Assembly (NCBI GenBank): GCA_028717685.1
Contig: JAQUNI010000003.1
Coordinates: forward strand, 64,311-128,310
Direction: 5' to 3'
DNA length: 64,000 nt
Source of the DNA: Patescibacteria group bacterium
GTDB taxonomy: Bacteria > Patescibacteriota > JAQUNI01
Shown in pieces: positions 10,992 to 20,930 of the stretch. The notes beneath the pieces were generated by a model that saw nothing but the letters and a program-made list of their open reading frames with translations, had not been told where the DNA came from and made no database searches. Position 1 is the first letter of the stretch, and each line of letters starts with the position of its first letter. The translations under genes and the position numbers were made by a program.

Positions 10992-12182
10992 TTAGACCAA
11001 ACACGATTGGTAAGCATTAATGATTGTTTTTATATTTTTTTCTTCACTGTAATTTTCTAAGGCAAATTTTCTGCAATTAATACGCATTTGGTCAAGATTT
11101 TTTGGATTTTGGCTTAATTTTTCAAGTTCATGGCTTATATTTTTTATGTGGGGACGCATTATGAACCAAATTTTTCCATGACCGCTTTTAATATTTAATC
11201 CCACTTTTCTCTCTTCACCAAAATATTTAGTCCGATCAGGTAAAATAGGGGGTACTCCGCAACTCAAAGCATGCATTGTTACACGACCGACGTAATCTTG
11301 ATCAACTGACCCCCAGAGCAGTAAATCAGCCGCTGAAAGCCAAAAAGGGATCTTCTTGTTTGGTACGCTGCCGAGATAGTGAACATTTTTGTGAGTAGCC
11401 GCTAATTTTTCCACCTCCATCCTTAAGGGTCCGTCACCAATAATAAAAAACTGAATCTTTTCTGATGTTTGTTTAATGATTTTTATTACTTCATGCACAC
11501 CTTTTTCTTCAGTTAGTCGGCCAATAAATAAAACCATAAAACAGCCTTGCTGAAGATTTAGTTTATTTCTTATCTTAATTTTGTTTCGGGGTTTGAATAT
11601 TTTAATTGTATCAATCCAACAATGACAAATTTTTATTTTCTTGGCTGAAATACCCAGAGAAATTAAACACTGGCCGCATTTTTTTGATAAAAGAGTAATA
11701 ATATTAGCTTTATCTAGGATTTTTTTAGCAAATTTTGCTGATAATGATTTTTTTTTAAATTTATATATTGTGTATAAACTAATAATGGACTTTTTTGAAA
11801 ACAATTTACCGATTATACCCGCTGCCAATCCTGCGGATAGACCATGGCCATGAATAACTTGAATTCTTCTAGAAAGAATAGTGGTATAAAAAACGCTAAA
11901 AATAAAAATTCCCAGAAACAGATAAAGAAACTGTAAGGCTGGATATTTTGTCAATCTATAGAATAAATTAAATTTTATCCATGGCAGGCGAAAGATTTGC
12001 AATCCCAACTTTTTTTCGTAGAGAGGAGCTTTAAAGGAAGAAGTTAAAGGGGAATAAGTAATAACGATAGTCCTCCATTGTCTTTTTGTCAATCCTTGCA
12101 CTAAATCATCTAAATAACTCTCTACACCGCCTATATTTGGGCTAAAAAATGGTGATAGAATTAAAACTGATTTGTTGTACAT
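10992..12182 (-). CDS. GT4 glycosyltransferase
   Basis: LILSPFFSPNIGGVESYLDDL N-terminus, paralog of 17204..18340; C-terminal EX7E-type region. Confidence 0.75.
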   Translation of the reverse strand: MYNKSVLILSPFFSPNIGGVESYLDDLVQGLTKRQWRTIVITYSPLTSSFKAPLYEKKLGLQIFRLPWIKFNLFYRLTKYPALQFLYLFLGIFIFSVFYTTILSRRIQVIHGHGLSAGLAAGIIGKLFSKKSIISLYTIYKFKKKSLSAKFAKKILDKANIITLLSKKCGQCLISLGISAKKIKICHCWIDTIKIFKPRNKIKIRNKLNLQQGCFMVLFIGRLTEEKGVHEVIKIIKQTSEKIQFFIIGDGPLRMEVEKLAATHKNVHYLGSVPNKKIPFWLSAADLLLWGSVDQDYVGRVTMHALSCGVPPILPDRTKYFGEERKVGLNIKSGHGKIWFIMRPHIKNISHELEKLSQNPKNLDQMRINCRKFALENYSEEKNIKTIINAYQSCLV

Positions 12183-12203
12183 TGAGCTTATCTCAAAATT
12201 TTT

Positions 12204-12686
12204 TTAATGATGCAGATTATCTTTTAAGGGTTTGGCGGGAATACCGACCACAGTAACGCCCGCGGGGATATCTTTTGTAACCACAGACCCAGCTCCTATA
12301 AAAGCACCCTTACCTATTGTGATGCCTCCTAAAATGATTGCCCCGCTGCCAATAACAGCTTTTTCTCTGACTAAAGTAGGTAAACATTTCCATGTTTTTT
12401 TTAAAGCATTTTCCACGGAAGGACATTTGTCATTAATAAAAGTGACATTATGTCCGATAAATACATCCTTCTCTATCGTTACCCCGCTACAGATAAAACT
12501 ATGGGATTGGATGCGGCATCTTCTGCCAATTTTTACATTGTTTTGAATTTCAACAAAGGGACCGATCATACAATTATCTCCAAGCTTACAGCCATATAAG
12601 TTGACAAAATCATTGATTTTAACATTTTGACCCACCAAAACATTTTTAATACTTTGCTTTGGGTTATTTTCAGTGAGCTTTCTCAT
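12204..12686 (-). CDS. hexapeptide-repeat (left-handed beta-helix) sugar N-acetyltransferase (FdtC/QdtC-like)
   Basis: repeated [LIV]GxxxxI hexapeptides across 160 aa. Confidence 0.75.
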   Translation of the reverse strand: MRKLTENNPKQSIKNVLVGQNVKINDFVNLYGCKLGDNCMIGPFVEIQNNVKIGRRCRIQSHSFICSGVTIEKDVFIGHNVTFINDKCPSVENALKKTWKCLPTLVREKAVIGSGAIILGGITIGKGAFIGAGSVVTKDIPAGVTVVGIPAKPLKDNLHH

Positions 12687-13834
12687 ATTTTTAATAAATT
12701 TTTGGAAAAGAATTTTTTTAACTCCACTTTAAGATAATCGATCTCTTGTTTTTTTAATTCTGCATACATTGGCAAAGATAAAATTCGTTTGGATAATTTT
12801 TCTGCTATGGGAAAATCCCCTTTTTTATATCCCAGTTCTTTGTATGCTTTTTGCAAGTGAATAGGCAAAGGATAATGAATTCCGCAAAAAACGCCTCTCT
12901 CTTGTAAAAATTCCATCATCTCGTTACGTAGATCTGTTTCTATAACAAATAGATGAAAAACATGTTTATGGTTTTTTTCAATCATGGGTAATTTTATAGG
13001 CAAATCCTTGAGTTGTTCTATATAGTATGCAGCTGCCTCTCGTCTTTTTTTATTCCACTCATCCAAATATTTTAGTTTTACTGCCAAAATTGCCGCCTGA
13101 AGAGCGTCCAGTCTTGAATTAGTGCCTTTTTCCCAATGAACATATTTTTCTTTTTGTCCATATTCTCTTAATCTTTTAATTTTTTCAGCCATTTTTAGGT
13201 TGTTAGTCACCACTGCCCCACCATCACCATAAGCTCCTAAATTTTTTCCAGGATAAAAACTAAAAGCCGCAGCAATGCCAAAATTTCCTACCTTTTTGTT
13301 TTTGTAAATTGCTCCGTGTGCCTGGCAGGCATCTTCAATGACAGGCAGTTTATACTTTCTGGCAACTTTTAAAATTTCATCCATCTCTGCTGGCTGTCCG
13401 TAGAGATGCACAGCTATTATTGCCTTTGTTTTTGAAGTAATTTTTGGCTCAATTGAATTTGTATCAATGTTGTAACTATCTTCATCACAGTCCACAAAGA
13501 CAGGTTTGGCCCCGGTCATACTCACAGCTAGGGCTGTGGCAATAAAAGTATTAACTGGCACAAGCACCTCGTCCCCTTCTTGAATATTTAAAGCTTGGCA
13601 AATAAATTTCAAAGCATCAGTGCCAGAATTTACCGTCACGCAATACTTAGCCCCGCAATATTTTGCAAACTCTTTTTCAAAAGTTTGAATCTTTTCTCCT
13701 CCGATAAAAGAAGCAGTATTCAGCACTTCTCGGATAGCGTGATCAATTTCTGATCTTATGGCTTGATATTGTCTTTTTAAATTAACAAAATCAATTTGCG
13801 TAAATTTATAACAATTTATATTTAAAAGTATCAC
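12683..13834 (-). CDS. DegT/DnrJ/EryC1/StrS-family PLP sugar aminotransferase (FdtB/QdtB-like)
   Basis: family-typical N-terminus ...[33 protein letters not shown] and length. Confidence 0.85.
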   Translation of the reverse strand: MILLNINCYKFTQIDFVNLKRQYQAIRSEIDHAIREVLNTASFIGGEKIQTFEKEFAKYCGAKYCVTVNSGTDALKFICQALNIQEGDEVLVPVNTFIATALAVSMTGAKPVFVDCDEDSYNIDTNSIEPKITSKTKAIIAVHLYGQPAEMDEILKVARKYKLPVIEDACQAHGAIYKNKKVGNFGIAAAFSFYPGKNLGAYGDGGAVVTNNLKMAEKIKRLREYGQKEKYVHWEKGTNSRLDALQAAILAVKLKYLDEWNKKRREAAAYYIEQLKDLPIKLPMIEKNHKHVFHLFVIETDLRNEMMEFLQERGVFCGIHYPLPIHLQKAYKELGYKKGDFPIAEKLSKRILSLPMYAELKKQEIDYLKVELKKFFSKNLLKI

Positions 13835-14237
13835 CCTTTGTCCATTCTTTGTCTGTATAATTTAATAAAGCAGCAGTTTTAGAAATATTTTGAAAGACAT
13901 GGGCAATTTTAGGGCCAATTTCCAGACGGTTATATTTGTTAGAATTCCCATTTAAGATTAATTTTTTTTCTTCTCCCGTGTTTAGATCTTTGAGATGGAC
14001 CCTTAGTTGGCCTGAAATAATACCAAACCACTCTCTCCATCTTTTATGATAATGATTTCCCCTTATTATATTTGCCTTATCAAAGGTCACAAAATATATT
14101 TGGCCAAACTCTCTGATCTTTTTGTTTAATTCTCTGCGTTGTAAAAAAACGATTAATTGCCCTCGGTCATCATTATATTTTTCCAATTGTTGAAGTTGAA
14201 AATCCATAATCAAGTTAGGATATAAAAGATATTTCAA
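13806..14237 (-). CDS. WxcM/FdtA-like cupin (NDP-4-keto-6-deoxyhexose 3,4-ketoisomerase-like)
   Basis: DDRGQL, RGNHYHK, LRVHLKD motifs resembling FdtA; sits beside aminotransferase and acetyltransferase. Confidence 0.6.
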   Translation of the reverse strand: MKYLLYPNLIMDFQLQQLEKYNDDRGQLIVFLQRRELNKKIREFGQIYFVTFDKANIIRGNHYHKRWREWFGIISGQLRVHLKDLNTGEEKKLILNGNSNKYNRLEIGPKIAHVFQNISKTAALLNYTDKEWTKGDTFKYKLL

Positions 14238-14273
14238 ACCAGTTTCCCTTTTTGCAGTTTATTATGCGCTTTA

Positions 14274-14486
14274 TCAATCTATTAATTTTTCTAACTCACC
14301 CCATCTTTTCACATCTAGGATTCCGATTTGGAATTTGATCTCCGGTTTCCATTTTAATATTCTTTTCACCTTTTTAATATCTGCATAGTAATGTCTCACA
14401 TTAAAAGCCACAACTTTAATTTTAAGCGGTCCACCTGAGCCAATATTGAGAGTTTGAAAATTAACTTCGTTTTTTTTCAGCATCAA
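14274..14486 (-). pseudogene. collapsed remnant of an NAD-dependent epimerase (short start plus C-terminal KRILKWKP motif)
   Basis: 70-aa ORF; its C-terminus is homologous to the C-terminus of 9720..10649; lies immediately 3' of repeat copy B. Confidence 0.45.
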
Positions 14487-15585
14487 GACACTCGCCCTTA
14501 CCAGTATTGAAATATCTGTTGATTTGTCTTGTTGTATAAGCTTGCATATCTATTTTGTTTGAGTAGAATGTTTTGTACCATAATAAGGTTTCCCGGATCG
14601 CCTTGGCAACATTCAATTTGGGCTTCCATTTAAGGTTATGAATCGCTTTGGAGTTGTCTAATTTCAGTATTTTAGTTTCGTGTTTTGAACTGTCTTCACT
14701 GACGGTGAAGCTCCCCTTCTTCAAAAAATCAATTGCCATATTGACTACACTAACGACATCCAGCATACTTTCATTTTGAGGACCAAAATTCCAAGAGCCC
14801 ATCTTGTCCGTATGACCTTCATATAAGCTTTGAGCCAATAATAGGTAGCCCCTTAATGGTTCCAGAACATGTTGCCAAGGGCGAATGGCGTCGGGACTGC
14901 GAATAACGAGATTCTGATTGTTGATAAAAAAGGCTCTAATTAAATCCGGAAGCAGCCTGTCTTTATTCCAATCTCCTCCACCAATAACATTGCCGGAACG
15001 CGCGGAAGCAACCAGAGGATAATTTCCGGCTTGATTATTTTTGAAATTAAAGAAGGAGCAAATATGAGAATTCACTGCCAAGTCCGCGCAAGCTTTGCTG
15101 TTACTATAGGGGTCGTAACCTCCAAGCCGGTCATCTTCTTTAAAGGCGACATTTTTTTCTAAATCCTGATAAACCTTATCAGTGGTAATAATAATTCCTG
15201 CTCTAATATTATTAAGGCGGATAATCTCCAACACGTTGATTGTTCCAATAACGTTGGTTGTGTAGGTAGAGCGGGGATTATCATAAGAGTTTCTGACCAA
15301 GGCTTGAGCGGCAAGGTGAAAAATGATATCGGGTTTGAATTTTTTCACTATCCGATTAAGCTGGTGGAAATTTCGGATATCAACTTGGTGATGTTCTATA
15401 TAATCTTTTAAATTAAGGATGTTAAATAGATTAGGATTTGTGTTTGGCGTTAGCGCACAGCCGCAGATTTTTGCGTCCCAATTGAGAAGAATTTGAGTCA
15501 ACCACGCGCCTTTAAAGCCAGTATGTCCCGTGATTAGGATTCTTTTGCCGCGAAAGAATTTTTTTAAGCTTTTTTTCCCCATCAC
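14461..15585 (-). CDS. rfbG: CDP-glucose 4,6-dehydratase
   Basis: ILITGHTGFKGAWL N-terminus typical of RfbG/DdhB; SDR fold. Confidence 0.8.
   Translation of the reverse strand: MMGKKSLKKFFRGKRILITGHTGFKGAWLTQILLNWDAKICGCALTPNTNPNLFNILNLKDYIEHHQVDIRNFHQLNRIVKKFKPDIIFHLAAQALVRNSYDNPRSTYTTNVIGTINVLEIIRLNNIRAGIIITTDKVYQDLEKNVAFKEDDRLGGYDPYSNSKACADLAVNSHICSFFNFKNNQAGNYPLVASARSGNVIGGGDWNKDRLLPDLIRAFFINNQNLVIRSPDAIRPWQHVLEPLRGYLLLAQSLYEGHTDKMGSWNFGPQNESMLDVVSVVNMAIDFLKKGSFTVSEDSSKHETKILKLDNSKAIHNLKWKPKLNVAKAIRETLLWYKTFYSNKIDMQAYTTRQINRYFNTGKGECLDAEKKRS
14501..14568. repeat. 68-bp direct repeat, copy B (forms the C-terminal tail of the 4,6-dehydratase CDS)
   Basis: 65/68 identical to 10684-10751. 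Confidence 0.8.
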
Positions 15586-15605
15586 TTAAATTGTAATTGA
15601 TATAA

Positions 15606-16388
15606 TTAATCCCATATTTTCCAGGGGGCATTGCCGCTTTCCCACATTTTATCCAATTCTTTCTTGTCATATAGTTTATCCATAGGTTTCCAAAAGCCAT
15701 GATGAGGAAAAGCATAGAGTTCATTGTCCTTTGCTAAATTTTCCAAAGGTTCTTTTTCGAAGACTGTATCGTCGCCTTGGATATAATCAAAAACCTTGGG
15801 TCCTAAGACAAAAAAGCCGCCATTAATATAAGTTTGATTATCTGTTTTTTCGCTAAACTTTGTTATTCTGGATTTTTGGTTTAAAGACAAAGCACCAAAA
15901 CGTCCTTCGGGGATGACGGCAGTCAGCGTAGCAATTTTAGCGTGTTTGCGATGAAATTTTAAAAGTTTCTTAAGGTCAACGTTCCCTACCCCGTCTCCGT
16001 ACGTGGCCATAAAAGTTCCTTTGCCTATGTACTCCTTGACTCTTTTAATACGGCCACCAGTCATCGTATTTTCGCCAGTGTCAACTAAAGTTACTTTCCA
16101 TTGCTCACCGCGATTTTTATAAAATTTGGTCTTCTTGTTTATAAAATCAAAAGTGACATCGCTATGGTGCAGGCAATAATTATTAAACCATTCTTTAATA
16201 TAATATCCTTTATATCCTAAGCAAACTATAAAGTCATTCAATCCAAAATGAGAATAGATTTTCATGATATGCCATAAAATCGGCTTATCTCCTATTTCCA
16301 CCATTGGTTTTGGTTTGTTGACCGTTTCTTCACTTAAGCGGGTTCCGGTCCCTCCGGCTAAAATGACTACTTTCATTTTGTTTTCCAA
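15606..16388 (-). CDS. rfbF: glucose-1-phosphate cytidylyltransferase
   Basis: KVVILAGGTGTRLSEET..KPKPMVEIGDKPILWHIMKIYS is near-consensus RfbF/DdhA. Confidence 0.85.
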   Translation of the reverse strand: MENKMKVVILAGGTGTRLSEETVNKPKPMVEIGDKPILWHIMKIYSHFGLNDFIVCLGYKGYYIKEWFNNYCLHHSDVTFDFINKKTKFYKNRGEQWKVTLVDTGENTMTGGRIKRVKEYIGKGTFMATYGDGVGNVDLKKLLKFHRKHAKIATLTAVIPEGRFGALSLNQKSRITKFSEKTDNQTYINGGFFVLGPKVFDYIQGDDTVFEKEPLENLAKDNELYAFPHHGFWKPMDKLYDKKELDKMWESGNAPWKIWD

Positions 16389-16546
16389 TAATGTGTTAAT
16401 TAAAGGTAAAAAATAAGAATCATTTTTTTAATGCAAGGCAAGCTGCTGCTTTTACTTTAGAGTTGTGGAAATAATCCCCTTACTGTTATAAATGGAAATC
16501 AAATTTTTTGTCATCCGTCATAGTATCCTTCTTTAAAACAATATGT

Positions 16547-17200
16547 TTAAGACAAAAGCATTTTTTTTCTAAACACAATCATTTGTCCTTTTGGCATAAT
16601 GCCAAAATAGCCCTTATTCCATTTATAATTTACTAATTCAAAATTATGCTTTTTACAAATATTGATAAGTGTTTTTTTAGTCAAGAATCTAATATGGGGA
16701 TTATTCGGATAAAAGAATTTATCCCAAAAAAATGTAGCAATGATAATTTTTTTCAATAAATTAAAATCTGTGGTTGTAATACAAAAGAAACCATTCTTTT
16801 TTAACACCCTATTAATTTCCGATAGACATCTATCAATATCTAATAAGTGCTCAATTACTTCTACAGCGAAAACAGTATCAAAAGAATTATCTTGAAAGCT
16901 TAAACTTTCAAGATCTTCTTGTTTAAAGATTAAATTTTTATATTTATTTTTTCCGATTTCTAATGCTTTTTTTGATAATTCAGAGGCAACAGCCTTTTTT
17001 ATAATTGTGGTTTTTGAATTTAAAAAGTTTAAAAATGTACCATCGCCAGCGCCTACATCTAAAACGGTTTTACCAATGTAGTTTTTAAAAAATTCTAAAT
17101 GCCATAGAAGATTTTCCTCCGTCCATTGAGGGGGTAAATATAACATACCCCCGTTTATATTTTTATTCCAATATTTATCATAATAATTTTTATCTTTCAT
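16547..17200 (-). CDS. class I SAM-dependent methyltransferase
   Basis: VLDVGAGDGTF motif I. Confidence 0.7.
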   Translation of the reverse strand: MKDKNYYDKYWNKNINGGMLYLPPQWTEENLLWHLEFFKNYIGKTVLDVGAGDGTFLNFLNSKTTIIKKAVASELSKKALEIGKNKYKNLIFKQEDLESLSFQDNSFDTVFAVEVIEHLLDIDRCLSEINRVLKKNGFFCITTTDFNLLKKIIIATFFWDKFFYPNNPHIRFLTKKTLINICKKHNFELVNYKWNKGYFGIMPKGQMIVFRKKMLLS

Positions 17201-17203
17201 AAT

Positions 17204-18340
17204 TTAATAATATTTGATAATGGAATTTATATTTTTTTCTGAAAAATTTGTCTCAGCATATCTTCTGCAATTTTGAGATAATCTCAAATATAATTCTTTA
17301 TTGATGTACAATTTTTCTATCGCGGCTTTAATATTTTCAACAGTTGGATCTAGTAATAGTGAAACACTCTTATCCAATGCCTCCGGGATTCCGCCTCTAT
17401 TTGATCCAACAACTGGTAGTCCGCAGGCCACGGCTTCAATTATTGATCTACCAAATCCCTCCTCATATTGTGAAGGAGCGCAAAAAAGATCTGCTATATT
17501 ATAATATTTGTACATTATTTTGTTTTCGACGGACCCAATAAATTTCAAATTACTTAATTCTCTTTCTTGCTCTTTTAAAAATTTTTCCTCCGGACCATTA
17601 CCAACAAAAACAAAATTAATTTGAGGCAATCTTTTTGCCACTTTAACCAAGACTTTTACCCCCTTTTTTTCTAGCAGTCTTCCTGCAAAAAGAACCGTAA
17701 ATTTATCCGCAATATTTAGTTTGTTCCTCAACAAAGTTTTATTTAGAGGTTTGAAAATATTGAGGGCAATCCAATGTTTAAATAAGTCCAATTTTGCTTT
17801 GTGTAGACCAAAAGAGATTAATTCATTATATGATCCTTTGGATAAACATAGAACTTTATCAGTTTTATTTAATATGTAGACAATTCTTTTCGCTGTTTTT
17901 GAATCTTTGTCCAATTCATAGATAGCATGGATGCTAACAATTAATTTTTTATGGAATAATTTTTTTAAAATTCCTCCTATTAAAGCGGCGTTGAGGCCGT
18001 GGGCATGGATTACATCTATTCTATTTTTATTAGTTAAGATCCAAATAAATACTCTGCAGAATAAATATGGTGTTAAATATAAAAAGTCAAGAAGGGGAAA
18101 CTTTTCTACTTTATGAAAAAAGTTTTTGCCAGACCATCTATATCTTTTTATATAGATATTTTTACCTTTCTTTTCGCGAGTTGATGCCTTTATTGAGCTG
18201 GTTAGGGGTGAGTAAGTTTGGACAAAGATATAATAGCCCAAATCATCTAATTTTTTCACCAAATCATCTAGATGTGTTTCTACGCCGCCTACGTTTGGGC
18301 TAAAGAAAGGAGTTAAAATTAATACTTTTTTATTTTTCAT
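17204..18340 (-). CDS. GT4 glycosyltransferase
   Basis: LILTPFFSPNVGGVETHLDDL; paralog of 10992..12182. Confidence 0.75.
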   Translation of the reverse strand: MKNKKVLILTPFFSPNVGGVETHLDDLVKKLDDLGYYIFVQTYSPLTSSIKASTREKKGKNIYIKRYRWSGKNFFHKVEKFPLLDFLYLTPYLFCRVFIWILTNKNRIDVIHAHGLNAALIGGILKKLFHKKLIVSIHAIYELDKDSKTAKRIVYILNKTDKVLCLSKGSYNELISFGLHKAKLDLFKHWIALNIFKPLNKTLLRNKLNIADKFTVLFAGRLLEKKGVKVLVKVAKRLPQINFVFVGNGPEEKFLKEQERELSNLKFIGSVENKIMYKYYNIADLFCAPSQYEEGFGRSIIEAVACGLPVVGSNRGGIPEALDKSVSLLLDPTVENIKAAIEKLYINKELYLRLSQNCRRYAETNFSEKNINSIIKYY

Positions 18341-18378
18341 AATTTAAAAAATTTTACTCAAAATTTTGCAAATGGCGA

Positions 18379-19818
18379 TTAAGACATTGCTGATTTCGTT
18401 CCCCCTTGAGTTATTGCTTGAAAGGCGGCCTTTAGGAGTCTTGCATCTTCACGAAGAAAATCGAAGTTGCTCAAATCCCACCAGATTCTTCTTAAAATCC
18501 ATTCGGGGTTGAGGTAAAATCTGCGGTAAGCTTGCTTTTTGGCTTTTACTAAATCTTCTAGTGTCAGGTCGCGGGGAATATACTTGGGCCAAATTGATTT
18601 GAACTCATCCCCCAATTCCCCTCTGATGTACCGATCAATTAAATTAATATTGATTTTTCCCTCTTCAACGCCAGTTTTGTACAAATCCGCTCCAGGCATA
18701 ATAACAGTTATATGTATACCCATGACATCCACCTTAGAAATTAGACCAAAATTGACTGTGTCTTTAATTTCTTTCTTAGTTTCTCCAGGAAAACCTAGCA
18801 TCAGAAAAATGTTGCTTTGAATGCCGTACTTTCTGCACCATCTAATCGCGTTAAAGATATCTCGATTGTTAACATTTTTGTGGATGACTTCATTACGGAT
18901 TCTTTCATTGCCAGACTCAACACCGAAGAGTAGGTTATTGCAGCCAGCTTTTGCCATTAATTTAATCAATTCTTCGTTAACACTATTTGCCCTAGTCATT
19001 GCGCCCCACGTAGCGTTTAATCCCTTTTTGATTAATAATTGGCAAAAATTTTTAATATTTTCTCGATTTAAACTAAAAGTGTCATCATGGAAATGGAATT
19101 TTCCATTATATTGATTATATATAGTTTCCATTTCCTTAATGATGTTCTCTGCCGATCGAAAACGATAGTTTGTTTTATGGACAGGCCGACTGCAAAAACA
19201 GCAATGAAAAGGACAGCCACGTGAGCCAATCATTGAGGCTCTTTTATAAATTGCCGCGGCATCGTTTGTCAATTTGGTTTCAACTCCTCTGTGATAATTA
19301 GAAACATCGGTCAAATGTCGGGCGGGAAATGGTAAATCGTCAAGATTTTGTATTGGTTCTGCATAAAATACTCCTTTCACACGCTTGCCAGCTAATACTT
19401 TCTGAACAATTTTCAACATAGTGAGCTCTCCTTCACCAATAACATAAAAATCAAAAATCGGGAATCGCCGGGCGAAATCCGGATCTGCACTGATGTGGGG
19501 ACCACCTAAACCAACCATGGGACCATGGTTCCCCCACTCCTTCTTCATCTCCGAGGCTAACCGATAAGCAGAACGAATACTGGGTGATAAAGCGGATAAG
19601 CCAACGACTTTAGGATTTTCCTTCTCGATTTCTTGCATTAGTTTTTTTAGAGTTAATCCTTGCACTGTGACGTCGTACAACTTAACCGAAATATTATGTT
19701 TCTCTAAATAAGCAGCAATATAAAGGAGTCCTAAAGGAGGATCGCTGACTTCATCGCCCATCGGCTCATTTTTTCTGCTAAAAGTTATAGGACAATTAAT
19801 TAATAAAACTTGCGTCAT
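18379..19818 (-). CDS. cobalamin-binding-domain radical SAM enzyme (class B type)
   Basis: N-terminal Rossmann-like B12-binding region followed by GCPFHCCFCS (CX3CX2C). Confidence 0.8.
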   Translation of the reverse strand: MTQVLLINCPITFSRKNEPMGDEVSDPPLGLLYIAAYLEKHNISVKLYDVTVQGLTLKKLMQEIEKENPKVVGLSALSPSIRSAYRLASEMKKEWGNHGPMVGLGGPHISADPDFARRFPIFDFYVIGEGELTMLKIVQKVLAGKRVKGVFYAEPIQNLDDLPFPARHLTDVSNYHRGVETKLTNDAAAIYKRASMIGSRGCPFHCCFCSRPVHKTNYRFRSAENIIKEMETIYNQYNGKFHFHDDTFSLNRENIKNFCQLLIKKGLNATWGAMTRANSVNEELIKLMAKAGCNNLLFGVESGNERIRNEVIHKNVNNRDIFNAIRWCRKYGIQSNIFLMLGFPGETKKEIKDTVNFGLISKVDVMGIHITVIMPGADLYKTGVEEGKININLIDRYIRGELGDEFKSIWPKYIPRDLTLEDLVKAKKQAYRRFYLNPEWILRRIWWDLSNFDFLREDARLLKAAFQAITQGGTKSAMS

Positions 19819-19840
19819 AAAATGAATTCAGAAAAATATT

Positions 19841-20407
19841 TTATGTTTTTTGTTTGCAGGCATAGATTGCGCGTTTTTTGATTGAATAGTATTTTAGGAA
19901 GAGAACAAGGGCAGCGCTTGTGGTCGGAATGAAAATGAGGTCGCTTACTAAATTATTGCGCAAGAAAGGCAGGCCCATAAAGTAGCATTGGATTAACCCT
20001 AGCAAAGTATGGGGATACATATCCCAGAGCAACCAAACCCCAAAGTTAGTATAAAGATAGAAGAATAAAGAAGCTGCTATTCCCATCCCCGTCAGGCTTA
20101 AAATAAACTTATAACTGTATCCCCTCTTTTTGCGCACGAGCCAGCCGAAAAAACCAATCATTGCCCAGGCTGACCAAGTGAAGATTAAGATTAGATCGTT
20201 GCCAATATACATATCAGTTAAAGCGATAATGGTGAGCGGAACGATGACGGTATATGCGCCTCCCAAGAGAGAACCAGCCAGAAGACTGGCTACCATTACG
20301 GTTTCCACATTCGGGATATCTTTGAGAATAATCCGACCTATAGCGCCAAAAGCAATAAGGAAAATAGCGATTATGAGCTTAATTTTTGAAATTCGTTTGG
20401 CAAGCAT
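19841..20407 (-). CDS. 6-TM small membrane protein, ECF-transporter S-component-like (candidate vitamin/B12 capture)
   Basis: 188 aa, six hydrophobic helices; context only. Confidence 0.35.
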   Translation of the reverse strand: MLAKRISKIKLIIAIFLIAFGAIGRIILKDIPNVETVMVASLLAGSLLGGAYTVIVPLTIIALTDMYIGNDLILIFTWSAWAMIGFFGWLVRKKRGYSYKFILSLTGMGIAASLFFYLYTNFGVWLLWDMYPHTLLGLIQCYFMGLPFLRNNLVSDLIFIPTTSAALVLFLKYYSIKKRAIYACKQKT

Positions 20408-20428
20408 AAGTTTAGTTTGGAGAAGAAT

Positions 20429-20884
20429 TTAGAAAGAACTCTCTTCAAATCTAAATTCTATTTTGTCATCAGGCGATACTTTTTGTTCCGTAACGCCTAC
20501 AGGCGCCATTTGCCCATTCACATAATAGAGCCAATATTTATTGTCCTGACCATTTTTGATTCCATCAATGGCTTCAATCAACGTCCCCAAATCGTATTGT
20601 TTAGTTTCTAAATTGATTTCATTTTGATTAGCTAATTTTTCCAAAAGATTATAGACCGTTTCCTCAGGCAGAAATTCTAAAGTAAAATTTTTTACTTGAT
20701 CATTACCGAAATTAATAGAAATGGTTGCTTCTTTTTTGGAAATATCAGAGGGGGAGGTTCGGAGATTTTGGGCAGCATCTTGTTCAGCTGGTTTTTGGTT
20801 AAGATTAGTTTGGCTTCCACAGCCGCCGAGCAGCAAAAGGGAGATTATGAACAAAGCAGAAAGAGTAATATTTTTTCTTTGCAT
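20429..20884 (-). CDS. lipoprotein with DUF4430 / transcobalamin-beta-domain-like C-terminus
   Basis: lipobox LLLGGC; C-terminal KYWLYYVNG...DDKIEFRF motif. Confidence 0.5.
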   Translation of the reverse strand: MQRKNITLSALFIISLLLLGGCGSQTNLNQKPAEQDAAQNLRTSPSDISKKEATISINFGNDQVKNFTLEFLPEETVYNLLEKLANQNEINLETKQYDLGTLIEAIDGIKNGQDNKYWLYYVNGQMAPVGVTEQKVSPDDKIEFRFEESSF

Positions 20885-20930
20885 AAATTTAACATTAATT
20901 ATGGCATTATAACTTAGATTTGGTTAGAGA

